From Eledone cirrhosa (lineage: Eukaryota), in the NCBI GenBank assembly GCA_964016885.1, contig OZ024747.1, forward strand, positions 89,218,001-89,282,000: 64,000 bases of DNA, given 5' to 3'. Of the stretch, positions 25,756-40,393 are shown piece after piece. Position 1 is the stretch's first letter, and every line of letters begins with the position of its first letter. Under the pieces are notes generated by a model. The model had not been told where the DNA came from and searched no databases. It worked only from the letters and a program-made list of their open reading frames with translations. The translations under genes were made by a program, and so were the position numbers.

Positions 25756-26079
25756 ATTGCCGTCATATAGAAGCCACGGAATGGGACATTAGAAATTTAT
25801 GTATCTAAGAGGCCCTTCTTATTAACAAGTATAAGCCTATTATTAAAAAGAGGTTTGAATTACATAGGACTGAGTGGCAACTAGACCAGAATGGTTTGCT
25901 CAAGTCACCAAACTGGTCAACCACACAACATAAGAGCTTGTAAGAACAAGATTACAACTTAGGTTCAACATTGTATTTCTTGTTTAAATTGTAGCAGCTT
26001 TTACAAAAGATAAAAATTAATTATTAAAATTAACAAATGCATATATGGAGCTAAGCAAACCATTGCTGATTTTAGTTAA

Positions 26080-26669
26080 TTGTGATCAGATTATCATGGG
26101 AGGGGGGTGTTCCGAGGCCATAGTATCTAGAATAAGGACAGGTTGGAAGAAGTTTAGGGAGCTGCTTCCTCTGTTGACAAAGAAGGGTTTCTCTCTGCGT
26201 ACGAAAGGGCGGTAATATGATGCCTGTGTGAGATGCACGATGCTGCATGGTAGTGAGACATGGGCAGCAACTGCAGAGGATATATGATGGCTGGAGAGAA
26301 ATGAAGCAAGCATGCTCCGTTGGATGTGTAATGTCAATGTATGTGAACGACCGAGCATGGATGTGTTGAGAGAGAAACTGTGTATAAGAGGGATAAGTTG
26401 TAGGGCGCAGGAGAGAAGACTGCGTTGGATGCACATGGAGGATGACCGCTGGGTAAAGAAGTGCCAAGAAATGCCAGTAGAAGGAAGATGCAGTAGAGGT
26501 AGATCACGAAAAACATGAGCGGAGGTGGTGAGAACGGACCTCAGATCGCTGAAGCTCACGGAGGAGATGACAAAGGACCATGACAAGTGGGGAGTGGCTG
26601 TGCTGAATAGGACTTGTCCCACCCTTGGAAGCAGGGAAAAGCGGACGTAAAATGATGATGATGATGATG
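26080..26669 (+). mobile_element. 5'-truncated RTE LINE, 3' end only (different subfamily)
   Basis: RIRTGWKKFRELLPLL, MLHGSETW, MLRWMC, RGRSRKT; short 3' UTR and (GAT)n tail. Confidence 0.9.
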
Positions 26670-27639
26670 TGAATACAGTAATACAAATAGTCTTCAATTA
26701 TCAAAAGGGGATTAGTAGAAATATTATTTTTTTCAGATAAGCGCACTTCTCCCTCACTATCCTTTGGAGCAAAACTTTCTCCATTCTATCCACTAGCATT
26801 CTTTTGCACCATGTGGGCTTATATCATTGGGGTAGCGATGAGTAGTCTTTCTCATATTTTTGTTGTAATTAGAATCAAAATGACATCCCACAATTCTAAT
26901 ATTTATCAGGAGCTCAATTTAGGGACATTACAACTGATCTGGTGGTAAACAAAAGAAATGATACTGAACATCATAAAGAGGCATGCAGGAAACAACATGA
27001 TTGCAAAATAAACATCTTAACTAAACAGTCAAGTCTAAGTCTATTTATATTAGAGAAATAAAGATTCTAATAGGTATTAGTGATATAAGTAAAGAAAGGT
27101 ATCTACAACAAGAAATATAAACTGGGTTCAAGAATTTATGTCTCACAACTTATCTTTAGTCTAATAATATAATAGCTTCTGATTTAGGCTCAAGGCCAAA
27201 AAATTTGGGAGTGGGGAAAGTCGATTAAATTGATCCCAGTATGTTACAGGTAATTTATTTTATCGACCCTGTATGGATAAAAGGCAAAGCTAACCTCGGC
27301 AGGATTTGAACTCAAAATGTAAAGGGCCATAACTGTATGCCTTAAAGAATATGGTCCAATGTTCTACCAATACTGCCACCCCCCCACCCTCATTTCCTTA
27401 ATAATATAATGATAATATATTTTTTCATTGGGATCAAAATTAAATGTCTTAAGCATCTGACTATTAAGCTAAAGTTTGTAAATATTTATTGTATAGCATG
27501 AAAACAAAGCCTCATTTATAGAAGAGAAGAAATCAGATTATGAAATATTAAGATCTTTCTCAAGGGCATTAGTAGCATAACCTAAGTTGAATTGTTTGTA
27601 CCAGAAATGAAAACTTGATCCTGAGCCAACAAGGGTGTC

Positions 27640-27890
27640 TCTATGTGGTCACTCAACATGCTAGAAATAGCAGACATTTTCCTTCAACTCCCATGAGTAA
27701 AGAAGATAGACTTTACATGATCACTAAACATACTAGAAATAGCAGCCAAATTTTCTCAAATCACACAAATTAATGCAGTCATTTAAGTTGCTAGAAATAG
27801 TAATCAAATCTCCCTCAATCAAATAACATCCATTACACAATGTAATCCCAGATACCCATAAAAAAGCATGATGGCCATAGTGAGAATACC
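27640..27890 (+). repeat. Dispersed repeat with tgctagaaatagcagccaaat motif (also ~4600-4690, 52520-52810, 60890-61050)
   Basis: Motif recurs, often in internal tandem copies; class not determined. Confidence 0.6.
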
Positions 27891-27895
27891 TTTAA

Positions 27896-28270
27896 CCCTT
27901 TAGCATTTACATTATTCTATATTTACCTCATAATTATCTAATATAATATCAAATCTAAGAGTTTTTGATATTTATTTTGAGAACAATACCTTAACATCAG
28001 TATGAGTGATCAGTTACAGTTGGTTTGAACAGAAAGAGGTGAGAGAACTCTGGCTGGATACGGCCAGTTTAACCCTTTATTATTTAAACCAGCCATATCC
28101 AGCCAGAATTCTCTCACCTCATCTGTCCAAACCAGCCATAACTGGCTGCTACTACTTATGTTAAGGTATTGTTCTTAAGATAAATAGTATCAGAATCTTG
28201 TAATTTCGATATTTTGTGAGATAATTATTTGAGATAAAGTATTTAACCATGAAAATATAATAGTAAACAT
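27896..28270. mobile_element. Two TTAA MITE family A copies in opposite orientation, the second starting at an internal TTAA (28069-28072) of the first
   Basis: ttaaccctttagcattta start; the second ttaacccttt copy reads as the reverse complement. Confidence 0.75.
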
Positions 28271-29234
28271 AGAATAATTGTTTCTACTTTAGGCACAAGG
28301 CCAGCAGTTACCCAGTACATTACTGGTACTTTATTTTATCGATCCTGTAAGGATGAAAGGCAAAGTCAACCTCGGCTTAGACTGTAATAGAATAATGTTA
28401 ACTAATAACAAATGTCCAGTAAATGATAACTATTGATAAATCATTATGTTAACTAGAGGCCAAGTACTAGATCGTTTGTATATGTACACTACCTACAGTT
28501 CCTCATCCCAGCATAACAACCCTCATGAATTCCTTTCCCTTATATAGTTTTCTTACAGCTATCAGTTTGCAACAGTTGAGATTGGTTAACTGCAATGAAA
28601 TGAAGAATGTTAAGCACCTTGACCTCACTCATCTCAGTCTATAAGACTTCTTCAAGATCAAACCCAAATATATAAAAGAAAAAAGACTTTTGATATTTAA
28701 CCCTTTCATGACCATATTTCTAATGAAATACTCTCTATGTTAATTAATTAACGAAGAACTTATATGGATTTACTAAAATTATTAATTATTTCATTAATAA
28801 CACAGTAACTTAACATGGTTCTTATCCAAAATTTATTCTAATTCATTTATGAAGAATTTTAAAGGATTTACTAGAATTATTAATTATTTCATTACTAAGA
28901 TAGTAACTTAACATATGGTTCTTATCCAAATTATACATTCTAGTTAATTTAACTAAGGAAGAATTTTGAGAAATTTACTGAATTATTAAATTATTTCATT
29001 CTTAAGATAGTAACTTAACATATGATTCTTATCCAAAATTATGTTGGAAAGTTTAATTTATATGTGACCCCTTTATAATGGATGGTTTTATAGAACCAGA
29101 GCAGGTTTGGAAAGGTTGGTACCAACAGGTTTACTGGTCTATTCCAATTAGGGAATTGAAATAATGTAGAAATAGTTTAGCAGATCTTTCAACTAAAATT
29201 AGCAAACATTTTAAAACTTCCAAGAATGTCACTC

Positions 29235-29417
29235 ACCTCATCTCTCTATCTATCTCTTTCTCTCCCTCTCTCCATTTATCTCTTTCTCTCTCACTCTCTC
29301 TCTCTCTTTATCCAACCATCTCTCTCCCTCCCTCCATCTATCTATTTCTTTCTTTCTTTCTCACTCTCTCTCCCTCTATCTCTTTATCCATCTCTCTCTC
29401 TCTATCCATCTATCTCT

Positions 29418-29465
<48 letters not shown>

Positions 29466-30245
29466 CTCTTTCTCCCACAATCCATCTCTCTCTCTCTCTC
29501 TTTCTCTATTCATCTACCTCTCTCACTCTCTATCCACCTCTCTCTCTCTCTATCCATCTACCTCTTTCTCTCTCTATCCACCTCTCTTTCTCTCTCTCTC
29601 TCTCTCTCTCTATCCATCTACCTCTTTATCTCTCTATCCCCCCTCTCTCTCTCCATCTCTCTATCTATCTCCCTCTCACTACTGCCACATTTTCTTTCCC
29701 TTCTCTCTTCTCCTATTTCTCTATTTCACCAACTGCTGTCTTACACCTCTCTCTCTCTCTCTCTCTCTCTCTGCCTATCAGCCTGTTTTTCTTTCTTCTC
29801 ACTCTTTCTCCCCTCTCTCTTTTCTATTTATTTCTTCCTCTTCTATCTATCTGTCTGTCAGTCTTTCTTTCTCTCTCTCTCAATCCCTCTCTCTGCCACT
29901 TTCTCTCTTTCTCTTGATTTCTCTCTGTCTGTCTATAAGCCTTTCTTTCTCCTTCCCCTCTCTCTCTCCATTTTTCTCTCTACCTGCCTGTCTTCCATTT
30001 TTCTCTCTACCTACCTTCTCTCTCTCTTTCTCTTGCTCTCTCTCTCTTACTCTCGCCCTCTCTCTCCTTCTCTTTATCTCTCTCTCTCTTTCTCTTTCTC
30101 TCTCTCTCTCTTGCTCTCTTCCTCTCTCTTTCTGCCTCCACACGGTCAACTTACTTTTTACTTCTTTTGGACCCCCCCCCAACCACCATCACCACCACCA
30201 CCACCACCACCAGTATCATCATCACCATCATCATAATCATTATTA
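29235..30245. repeat. (CT)n-rich low-complexity tract ending in (CAC/CAT)n
   Basis: Directly visible; source of the SLSL ORF. Confidence 0.9.
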
Positions 30246-30629
30246 TCAAATCCCGCCGAGGTTAACTTTGCCTTTCATCCTTACGCGGTCGATAAAATAA
30301 AGTACCAGTAATGTGCTGGGTAATTGCTGGCCTTGTGCCTAAAGTAGAAACAATTATTATCATATCTTCCCACCATCCTCCTATCACACTTCTCATGCCT
30401 TCTCTCTCTCTCTCCCTCTTTCTCTCACCCTCATTCTCTCTTCTATTCTCTCACACACTCTTTTCTCAACCTCTTTACTTTATCACTCTATCACATTCTC
30501 TATTCCAGCATTTGCTGCCACATGTGGAAAACCCATCACCACCCTCATCTTCTTACTCTCTCGTTCTTGCCTCCAGCAACAGAGTTCAACCACCACACAT
30601 TCCACTCTGAATACCGCCCCACCCCCCAC

Positions 30630-31160
<531 letters not shown>

Positions 31161-32774
31161 CATCATCATCGTTAAATGATGATGATGATGATGATATATA
31201 TAAATATGATGACTGCAACTCAATGTCAAGTAATGCCATTGCTTGATACTTGTGCATGAGCATTACAGATGTGGATTTAGTCCTGCTAGGGACTTGCTTA
31301 TGGCCAGAAATACCATGCATCACAAAAAAATGTCACATATCAAGCAATGCCTGTGCTTGAAGCTTTTTTAAGTGAGGAAAGATTTTGCATGGGGCCAATT
31401 CCACTCTCTGAACATCAAATACATTTACCCCAAAAGAAGAACAGGTCTACAGGTTTTACATCAGCGTAACTTTTTCCTAGAGAGATGTCTTAATGAAGAC
31501 AAGGAGTCTTTTGCTCCACAAAAAAATAAAACAAATAAATTTATTGACTTTCCTGAGTTTCTCCATCCTTTGATGGGTTTTGTTTTTCATTCTGCATGGT
31601 GCCAAAATCACCTTACTCACCAAAGCTTGGTGTAGTTGCCAATACGCTTCAGTATTGTTTAATAAAATAAAAGTTCTCTGAACTTATTTTACAAATGTTT
31701 TTATCTTTTTAAAAAATTCATATTAGTCGTCTGCGGGATTTAAAATTATGAATTTAGTGGTCCATGAGATCTGAAAGGTTGGTGACCACTGTTTTAAAGT
31801 GTTTATAATTATCTCAGATCATTCCATGTGATAACCTATGTTTAGTTATGTTTCAAACCCCAACTTAATAATTCTTTTTAATTTTGGCATAAGGCTAGCA
31901 ATTTGGGAAAGGGAAATTTGATTACATCAACCCCAGTACTTAACTGGTATTATTTTATCAACCCTGGAAGGACGAACAGGTAAAGTTGACCTTGATGGGA
32001 TTTGAACTCAGAATGTAGAAAGTTGTAACTAAATACAGCAAAACCGTTTACCCAATGTACTACAAGTTCTGTCAATCCACTGCCCTTAAACACCAATTTA
32101 ATGTGAAAGATAGTTATATCATTAAGATGCACCAAATTCTTAATTATTTTCAAAATGATTTGAACATTATAGGCAGTGATTTTTAATTAGAAATAGAATC
32201 TTAAAAGCGTTAATAACTTGAGCAATGAACAAATTGAAATATTTTGATGTGACAAGACTACACTGAAACTTCGTTATCAAAAATCATAGTAATTATAAGA
32301 ACAGAGTATTCTCACATTAGGTTTATTTCAGTATTATAAAACAAGTCTAAACTTGCAAGAGAAGTTGTATATGAATAACTTGTTCTTGCATCTAAAGTTA
32401 CAAACACTGTTTTATTTAAATGTTGTAGTAAATGAAGTTTTCAGTTAAGAAATTTTACCATAATTATATCAATAGATATCTAAAGTGAAACAGGATTAAA
32501 TTTGTAATACTATATATTATGATTTAACAAAAATATAATGTGACAGGTATCCAAAAAAAGAAGAACAGGCCGACATCATTAGCTGACATTAAGTCACAGG
32601 TTTTACATTAGAGTTCTCCTTCTCCGAGAATGATGTACTAACAAGAACTAGGGGTCTTTCACTCAGCTAACTGTGTACTTGGGCACCAAATCGAGTATAA
32701 CCATATTTCTGCACATACATATATACATAATGCATTCATACATATGTACATACATAAATACATACATACATCAC

Positions 32775-32900
32775 CTCTGGCTGTGTGGTTAAGTTTGATT
32801 TGCAGTCATGTGGTTTAGGATTCAGCCCACTGCATGGCACCTTAAGCAAATCTCATCTACTTTAGCCTCGAGAAGACCAATGCCTTGTCAGTGAATTTGA
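32775..32900 (+). mobile_element. tRNA-derived SINE family C (second copy ~53410-53570)
   Basis: tggctgtgtggttaag head, cccactg..tggcacctt..gcaa, gccttgt.agtg.at shared between the copies. Confidence 0.6.
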
Positions 32901-34134
32901 TAGAGTTACAAACACTCTTTTATCTAAATGTTGTAGTAAATGAAGATTTTGTAATTAAGAAATTGTACCATATTTATAATATAATGAAAATTATTGTGTA
33001 CAGTGCTCAGGTGCATTACAACTCATCAAAGGTGCATGTTTAATACATACAATAATGTACAAATGTCAAAATAAATCAACATATATTTTGTAATACTATA
33101 TACTAGGATTTAAAAAAATATAATCTTTCCATCGTTTTAATTCTTCAACTCTTCAAAATGAAGATGAAAATTAAAATTGAAGAAAATTTAAATGCCAATT
33201 TATTTACAGAAATACTAAGATTTTACAGAGAATTTCAGCATTTCACTAAACTTTATAAAAAAAAAAGGTAATTAATATTACCTTATATCCATCCTAATCT
33301 CAAATTAGTTGAGTTAGATGCTAAGTAATTAATTAGAGAATATATCTTACCACTAGCATGATTTGTGAATTAGATTAACACTTTGCCCAAATCAGGAAAC
33401 AACTACATTGTCAGTTCCTTAATGTTTGTTAAACCTTAATTACCTACTTTGTAGAAAACAAGGATTTCTATAACATTTTAAACACTTTAGTACAATTAGG
33501 TAACTAACATTTTAAAAGGTAATCTAATTAGTTAATTAGCATTTAAAGACCTTAATTTTCTTCTGAGTAAACCATGTTTTAAAAACCTTTAATTAGAAAA
33601 ACTAAGAAAAGAAAAAAAAATTACAAACAAAATAAAACAAACAACTAGGATTTATTTTTCTTAGGTAACTTCATTCTCTTAACACCTAATCATCATCATC
33701 ATCATCAGTTTATATCCACCTGCCACGTTGTCATGAGTTGCATGGGTTGTCATACTCCAAGACCAGACAGGTTTGAGAGACCTTATCTTGCTCATACAAT
33801 ATATATTTAGCAACCACCTTACTGCCTTATATATATATGATAGTATATATATATATATATATATATTATAGTATATATATATATTATAGTATATATATAT
33901 ATATATAGAGAGAGAGAGATATGATAGTATATATATATATATATATGACAATGAATTTCTTCTATATAAACACAATGAATTTCTTCGAGAGAGAGAGAGG
34001 GGGGGGGGAGAGAGGGGAGAGAGTGAGAAGGAGAAGGAGAGAGGGAGAGTGAGGCAGAATCAACCCTAATATCTAACTGGTACTTTGTTAACCAACCTTG
34101 AAAGGATGAACAGCAAAATTGATCTCCTTAGAGG

Positions 34135-34520
34135 AGGGACATAGTTGTCTCGGCTTGGAGATCCAGCTGGATCAGTTGGAGATGGTTGCTTCTGACAGGA
34201 GCTGTAGGAATGAGTGTTTGAGGACTCTGTCCTTCATGACCCTCTCAGGAATAAGCGGGTGAAGAAGAAGAAGAAGGAGGGAGAGGAGGAGGAGGAGAAG
34301 AAGGAGGAGGAGGGGAGAAGAAGTAGAAGAAGGATGATGGTGGTGGTGATGATGATGATGATGGTGATGAAGAGCAAGGGGAGGAGGAGGAGAAGAAGAA
34401 GGAGGATGATGATGATGATGATGATGATGGTGAGGAGGAGGAGGAGAAGGAGAAGAAGAAGAAGAAGAAGAAGAAGAAGAAGAAGAAGAAGAAGAAGAAG
34501 AAGAAGAAGAAAGAGCAACA
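34135..34520 (+). mobile_element. 3' end of a Rex3/Expander-like RTE followed by an expanded (GAA/GAG/GAT)n tail
   Basis: 34150-34260 aligns with 61940-62070 (cagttggagatggttgct.ctgacagga); tail gaagaagaa. Confidence 0.65.
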
Positions 34521-35904
34521 ACCACAGCAACATTTGAACTCAGAACAAAGGGCCAAAATAAAAAAAATTCTAACCAGTTATTTGCCTGTTTACTCTATCT
34601 ATAAAATACACTGCCCTATACTGATGATAATACTAACAAGAAACCTTATGTTGATTAAAGTATTGGTGAGAGCAATGTGTGAAAATTTTACTTGTAAACA
34701 TGTAATTGTAAAAAGTCATAGAAGTAAATAAGCAGAAAACATACCATAGTTGCTTTATTTATTAATTTGATAAATGTTCTGAGGGGGTGATTACCTCTAA
34801 TTGTTCTTTATACTTTAGTATTAGACCTTCATCTATATACCTGTATGTGTATACTCACAGATTCATGTAATTATCAATATACTATAAATCAATCCATGAT
34901 AAAATTGAATGTGCACTGATGAAGGCTTGCACCTGCTGACTTTCATTGCTCAAATAGAATGCTATATTAAAGCTTCACATATGCTACTTTCCAATAAATC
35001 CAATCATATGAAGATAGAGAAGTTAATTAAATCATTTCTCACAAATGATTACATTGTTCAAATTCCCTTCTTATTCTAACTCAGATGCATCTAGTGCACA
35101 ATCTAACAACAGTTGCATTGCACTTGCAAATTAGCTTTGTAAATTTTATTTTCCAGTGGAACATTGAATGTATTTCAAATCTGATGCACTAAGCACAGAA
35201 CATTATAGAATAAAGTGCTTACCTTCATTTACAGCTTCAGTAAAATATAGATGACATCTCTATTGTTTATGGCAAGAATTCTCATGCATGGTTAAATGTA
35301 CTCTTAGTGGTACACAGGAGATTGTTGGGCTACTTGAGGTTTGTAAAAACACAGTGATTCTTAGGTATTGACAATCAACTAAATGCAATTTGTATGTTAT
35401 ATAAACCTGACATGCAGTTGGTAAGCACAATCATTGCACTCTGTAATTTGATTTTATTCATTGTTATTTTGGTGCATACGTTTGAACTTCTGTTCATGTA
35501 TAATTTGATTGAAAAATGTGTTGAATTGATTGAAAGAAGCCTTTTTTTATAAGTTTATTAAGGTATAATGTCATTTTATCACATCAAGATCAGATTGGAG
35601 TACCTACTTGAACTAACTTCTAAAACATTTACTTCTTTACCTGAGATAATTATGGTGCTCTGTAGTAAAAAATAAAGATCATTCAGTGATACACCAAAGG
35701 TTTCACTTGTGTCAATATGTTGTGCGTCATAAAGTTTTATAAAATCTTTCAATAAATTAAAACTTTCTGAATCTAATCATCCTGATGTAGCTGACAAAGA
35801 ACAATCATAATTCAAGCAGAAGGTATCATCATCATATACATCATAATCATCATCACTGTTTAACATCCATTTTTCAAGGTAGCATGGGTTAGACGAGTTG
35901 TCTC

Positions 35905-36130
35905 ATTGTGAAACAAATCAGACCAGATGACCATGTCTTGCTCTCTGATGTGAAATTTATGCTGTCCTGTTGTGAGACAAGTCAGACCAGATGACCTTGT
36001 CTTGCTCTCTGTTGTGAAATTTATGTTGTCCTGTTGTGAAACAAGTCAGACCAGATAACCTTGTCTTGCTCTCTGTTGTGAAACAAGTCAGACCAGATGA
36101 TTGTGTCTTGCTCTCTGATGTGAAATTTGT
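35905..36130. repeat. Minisatellite ~40-62 bp (ttgtgaaacaagtcagaccagatgaccttgtcttgctctctg), ~4 copies, abutting a minus-strand RTE tail
   Basis: Tandem units visible; 35825-35900 is a reverse-complement RTE terminus. Confidence 0.85.
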
Positions 36131-36594
36131 GACTTGACCAGAGTGGATAGATATATCAACAAAATCTAGCAAGCCTGTGAGCCACCTGTACATATATTTG
36201 CACCTGAGAATGGCAACACCTAAGTAACTTCAAATAATCACTGAAACTTTGATCCTGTCCTGCTACAAAAATATTGATAGTTGCATGAAGGAGAAGGTAC
36301 ACAAAGAAACTGAATAGTGTGTGTGTGTGTGTGTGAGTGTGTGTGTGTGTTGTTAGTTACAATGAATAATATAAAAAGCTGTTATCAATATATACACATA
36401 TACATAAATACATATATAAGAACACATTCACTACACACGTATATATCATCTGCAGCATTGTATTTTTACATCCTTTTCTCCATGCTGATGGAAAAAAACA
36501 ATTTATTGATACATATATGTACACACATGTCTGTGTTTATGTGTGTATGTGTATGTTTGTAATGTATGTATATATGTATGTGTGTATACATATG

Positions 36595-36650
<56 letters not shown>

Positions 36651-36787
36651 GATAAATCTACCACTCAATGGTAGGGTCTAAACCGTATGAAGAACTCAAT
36701 GTAATCTGTATGTAGATGTTGTGAAGCAAAGTTTAAAATACAAAAATTTTCAATGATATAATTCAATTGAATACAGAGTCAAAATAA

Positions 36788-37128
36788 AAATATTAAAACA
36801 ATGAAATTAAACACAAAACTGTTAATTCATAGTAAAACTCATTTTTTTATGATCGTTTCTGAGGGGTAGTTCCCTGCATGTTCATTTAATTATTGATCTA
36901 TGTAAAACATATTACAAAATATCATAGTAAGAAAAAAAAACATTATTTCTGAAGATGCGGGTAGTGAAGACGTATGTATTTTTTCTTACTATGATATTTT
37001 GTAATATGTTTTACATAGATCAATAATTAAATGAACATGCAGGGAACTACCCCCCAGAAACGATCGTAAAATAATGAGTTTTACTATGAATTAACAGTTT
37101 TGTGTTTAATTTCATTGTTTTAATATTT
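36788..37128. repeat. Palindrome with ~150-bp arms (36788-36937 and 36979-37128) carrying a hammerhead (family P3)
   Basis: Near-perfect reverse complement with a few substitutions; followed by (TA)n. Confidence 0.9.
36941..37076 (+). ncRNA. Type I hammerhead ribozyme with greatly enlarged stem II loop (P3)
   Basis: Stem I cattattt/aaataatg (8 bp perfect); CUGAAGA 36949-36955; imperfect stem II tgcgggtagt/actacccccca; GAAA 37057-37060; palindromic cgatcg; GUA cleavage triplet. Confidence 0.75.
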
Positions 37129-37194
37129 CTCTATATATATATATAATGACCAATCAGTCACACATCACATCATAAGGGCTAACTAAGCACTTTG

Positions 37195-37330
37195 AAGCAA
37201 TCCAATACGACGGTTGATGGCGAGGCAAAGGCACTGAAATAACCAGACACCCTCATGGGCATCACCTGAAACCTCAGTAAGGCGAGCTGCCAGTGGCCAA
37301 ACTCTACTTAGTATTAAGAATCCTTGCAGT
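37195..37330 (-). pseudogene. CRE-like RLE C-terminal fragment
   Basis: Minus-strand translation TEVSGDAHEGVWLFQCLCLAINRR resembles the CRE terminus (..VTGD.RE..WLFQRLSLAIQRGN). Confidence 0.6.
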
Positions 37331-38744
37331 ATACCTATTTCACCGATTCACAAACAATGTTTCAATTTGTAGAATCTTTCAGCCTAAAGAAAAAACATAT
37401 ATATAAATGTGCATTCGATTTGAAATATATTTCTCTTAAAATATATTTTGTTTTGTTTAAAATGAGTTAACTTGGAAAATATTGCATCTAGTTGATAACA
37501 TTGTGATTTTGTTTATAAAATTTGTTATGTACTGACTAATTTTGAATTAAAAAAAAATGTCTTTTAAGACACATTTTCATATTGTTATCAGAGATATTTT
37601 TTATTATTGTTATTATTTTAATGTAACAAATTGTTATTTTTACTGTAATGTTTTCCTTGTAATACTATAATTGTTAGATATAATTCTGGGAAATATTCTA
37701 TAGTTTTGGTCATGTTTTCTTTAAATATAAAATTTAGTTAAAAAAAAATTGTTTTATATTTACAACACTTTACTAAAGCTGAAAGTTATATTTCAGAAAC
37801 TATACTTAGCTATCAGACTTTATATAAAATATTACTAGCAGAAAACAGGTCTTTTATCAAATTCCATTCACATTTACCGTTTAGCATTTAAACCGGCCTA
37901 TCTGGCCAGAATTCTCTCACCTCTTTCTGTTCAAACCAGCTGCTCATATTGATATTAAGGTATTGTTCTCAAAATAAATAATATCAAAATCTCATAGATT
38001 TGATATTATGTGAGATAAAGCCTTTAACACGAAAACACAATAGTAATGTAAATGCTAAGTAGAGCATCGAACAACATGCTTTATGTAATAGGGTTACGCC
38101 CCTTTACGATCTCATTTCAAATCCCACTGAGGTTAGCTTTGCCTTTCATCTTTACAGTGTTGATAAAATAAAACACCTCTAATACACTGGGGTCGATTTA
38201 ATCGACTTTCCCCTCCGCCAAAATTGCTGGCCTTTTGCCTAAATCAGAAACCATTATTATTATTATTGGCAGTATTGGTAGAGGGTCGGATGCCATGTTT
38301 TGCGGCGTAGAGTTACGGCCCTTTACGTTCTGTGTTCAAATCCTGCCGGTATTAACTTTGCCTTTTATCCTTACAGGGGTCGATAAAATAAAGTACCAGT
38401 AATGCACTGGGGTAATTGCTATCCTTGTGCCAAAAGTAGAAACAATTATTATTTACTAAACATTTCTAAAAAAAAAAAATACAGAAAACTACCCCCAGGC
38501 TCTCTATTCTTTATATCAATTAACAGCAAATTAAAAATAAATGAATTTCATAATTAGAATTGGATTTCATTCTTGGTAAGGTAACTCCATCATTTTTATA
38601 AATTGACTGAATGCTGGTATTTCTGAAGATGGAACATTTGCAGAACTAAGGTACTTGAAATTCCAAGCATTTAAAAAATAACTACTGAATAATAACTAGC
38701 TACACGATTTAGTTTATTAACTCTTAACGTTTTTCATTCTTGAT

Positions 38745-38940
38745 GTGCAACACTCAACAGCTAACCTATCAAGTGCATGTCAGAGATCAGGAATCTTGGC
38801 TAATGACCGAAAGAATACAATCGCAAATACAAGCAGCCGAAATGGGATTTCTTTAAAGGGTCTTTGGAGCTGTTTCTTCGAATTGAGCGATCACCATTTC
38901 AATATTACGAACATATGGTTAGAATGTCTCAGGAAAGATA
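38745..38940 (+). pseudogene. Rex3/Expander-like RTE fragment (post-RT region)
   Basis: ESWLMTERIQSQIQAAEMGFL*RV and LRIERS..HMVRMSQER. Confidence 0.7.
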
Positions 38941-39834
38941 CTATAAATATCTTTCCACTAGTAAAGATATCATAAATATTTATAGTATTTTTACTAGTGG
39001 ACAGATATCTTGGTATCTTTACTAGTGAACAGATATTTTTAGTATCTTTACTAGTGGACAGATATTTTAGTATCTTTACTTTAAAAGATCCCATCAGTCA
39101 CTAATGACCATGTTTTTGCACCAAGAAAGTTCCCCTCCAAGTCACAAGCCTGAGCAAGTTTGATTTATGGAAGACTAGCAGTCACCCATACATACCAGTC
39201 CCCCCTCTTCTCGCCACCAATGATGTCCAAGGGAAAGGCAAAGGGCGATACAGCTTGGCACCAGTGATGTCGCAACTCATTTCTACAGCTGAGTGAACTG
39301 GAGCAATGTGAAATAAAGTGTCTTGTTCAATCTCACATCCTCATGATTGCAAGCCCACCGGTCTAACCACTAAGCCATATGCCTTCATGTGGACAGATAT
39401 TTATAGTCTATATACAGGGGACAGATTGTAGGAAAAATTTGCAGTAAACTAAATTAGTAACTTTAACTTTTAATGTGATGCAGTCATAGTACTAATTCAG
39501 TAGATTTTTATTAATTAATTCAAATATTGTGTATTTTATTAGAATGTTGATAAAGTTACCAGCAGGATCTAAAGATAAAAAACAACATAAAGCAAACCTG
39601 AGAATATTGGAATAATCGCATATGATGAGTGAGGATATGTAGCTTAATGGTTAGGGCATTCAGCTGAAGATTGTAAGGTCATGAGTTTCGCCACCCCTCC
39701 CCTCCTGACAGCATCTTGTGTTCTTGAGGATGATATTTTATAACCTGTTGCTTCAGTCCACTCAGCCAGCAAAAAATGAGATGTAATTCAAAAGGCCACC
39801 TTGTCACACACTGCGTCACATTGAATGACCCTTG

Positions 39835-40080
39835 GATAACCCTTCATACTGAACAACCCTTTATATTGAATAACCTACCATACTGAATAACCCTTTATAT
39901 TGAATAACCCTTCATATTGAATAACCCTTCATATTGAATAACCCTTCATATTGAATAATTCACCATATCGAATAACACACCATATTGAATAACCCTTTAT
40001 ATTGAATAACCCTTCATATTGAATAACCCTTTATATTGAATAACCCTTCATATTGAATAACCCTTCATACTGAATAACTC
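39835..40080. repeat. 17-bp minisatellite (ttgaataacccttcata), ~14 copies, expanded inside a SINE B copy
   Basis: Tandem units; SINE sequence resumes on both sides. Confidence 0.9.
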
Positions 40081-40174
40081 TGTTAAGTATGTTTGTGGCT
40101 GTGGAATACTCGCCATGTTCACATTAATTTCATGAGCATGCGGGTTCTGTTGTTTGAATAACTGGAACCTTTAA

Positions 40175-40393
40175 CCCTTTAGCATTTAAACTGGCCATAT
40201 CCAAGTAGAATTCTCTCACCTCTTTCTGTTTAAACTGTCCACAACTGGCTGCTCATACTTATCTTAAGGTATTTTTCTCAAAATAAATAATATCAAAATC
40301 TCACAGATTCCATATTATGTGAGATAATTATGGGAGATAAAGACTTTACTATGAACATATAGTAGTATAAAGAGTAATGTAAATGGTAAAGGG
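40175..40393. mobile_element. piggyBac-like MITE family A. Complete copies also 45372-45592, 49415-49628, 52010-52202; degraded 37875-38060, 58536-58738
   Basis: TTAA on both sides; TIR CCCTTTAGCATTTA / TAAATGCTAAAGGG; ~200-220-bp non-coding body. Confidence 0.88.

Noticed and set aside
34850-35800. Degenerate hAT-like transposase or host exons
   Set aside because: Only vague motif echoes (e.g. VHTFELL) with many stops; not supportable without a search.
35905-36130. Tandem hammerhead repeat (ctgatgtgaaa)
   Set aside because: Core is CUGAUGU, not CUGANGA, and there is no stem II.
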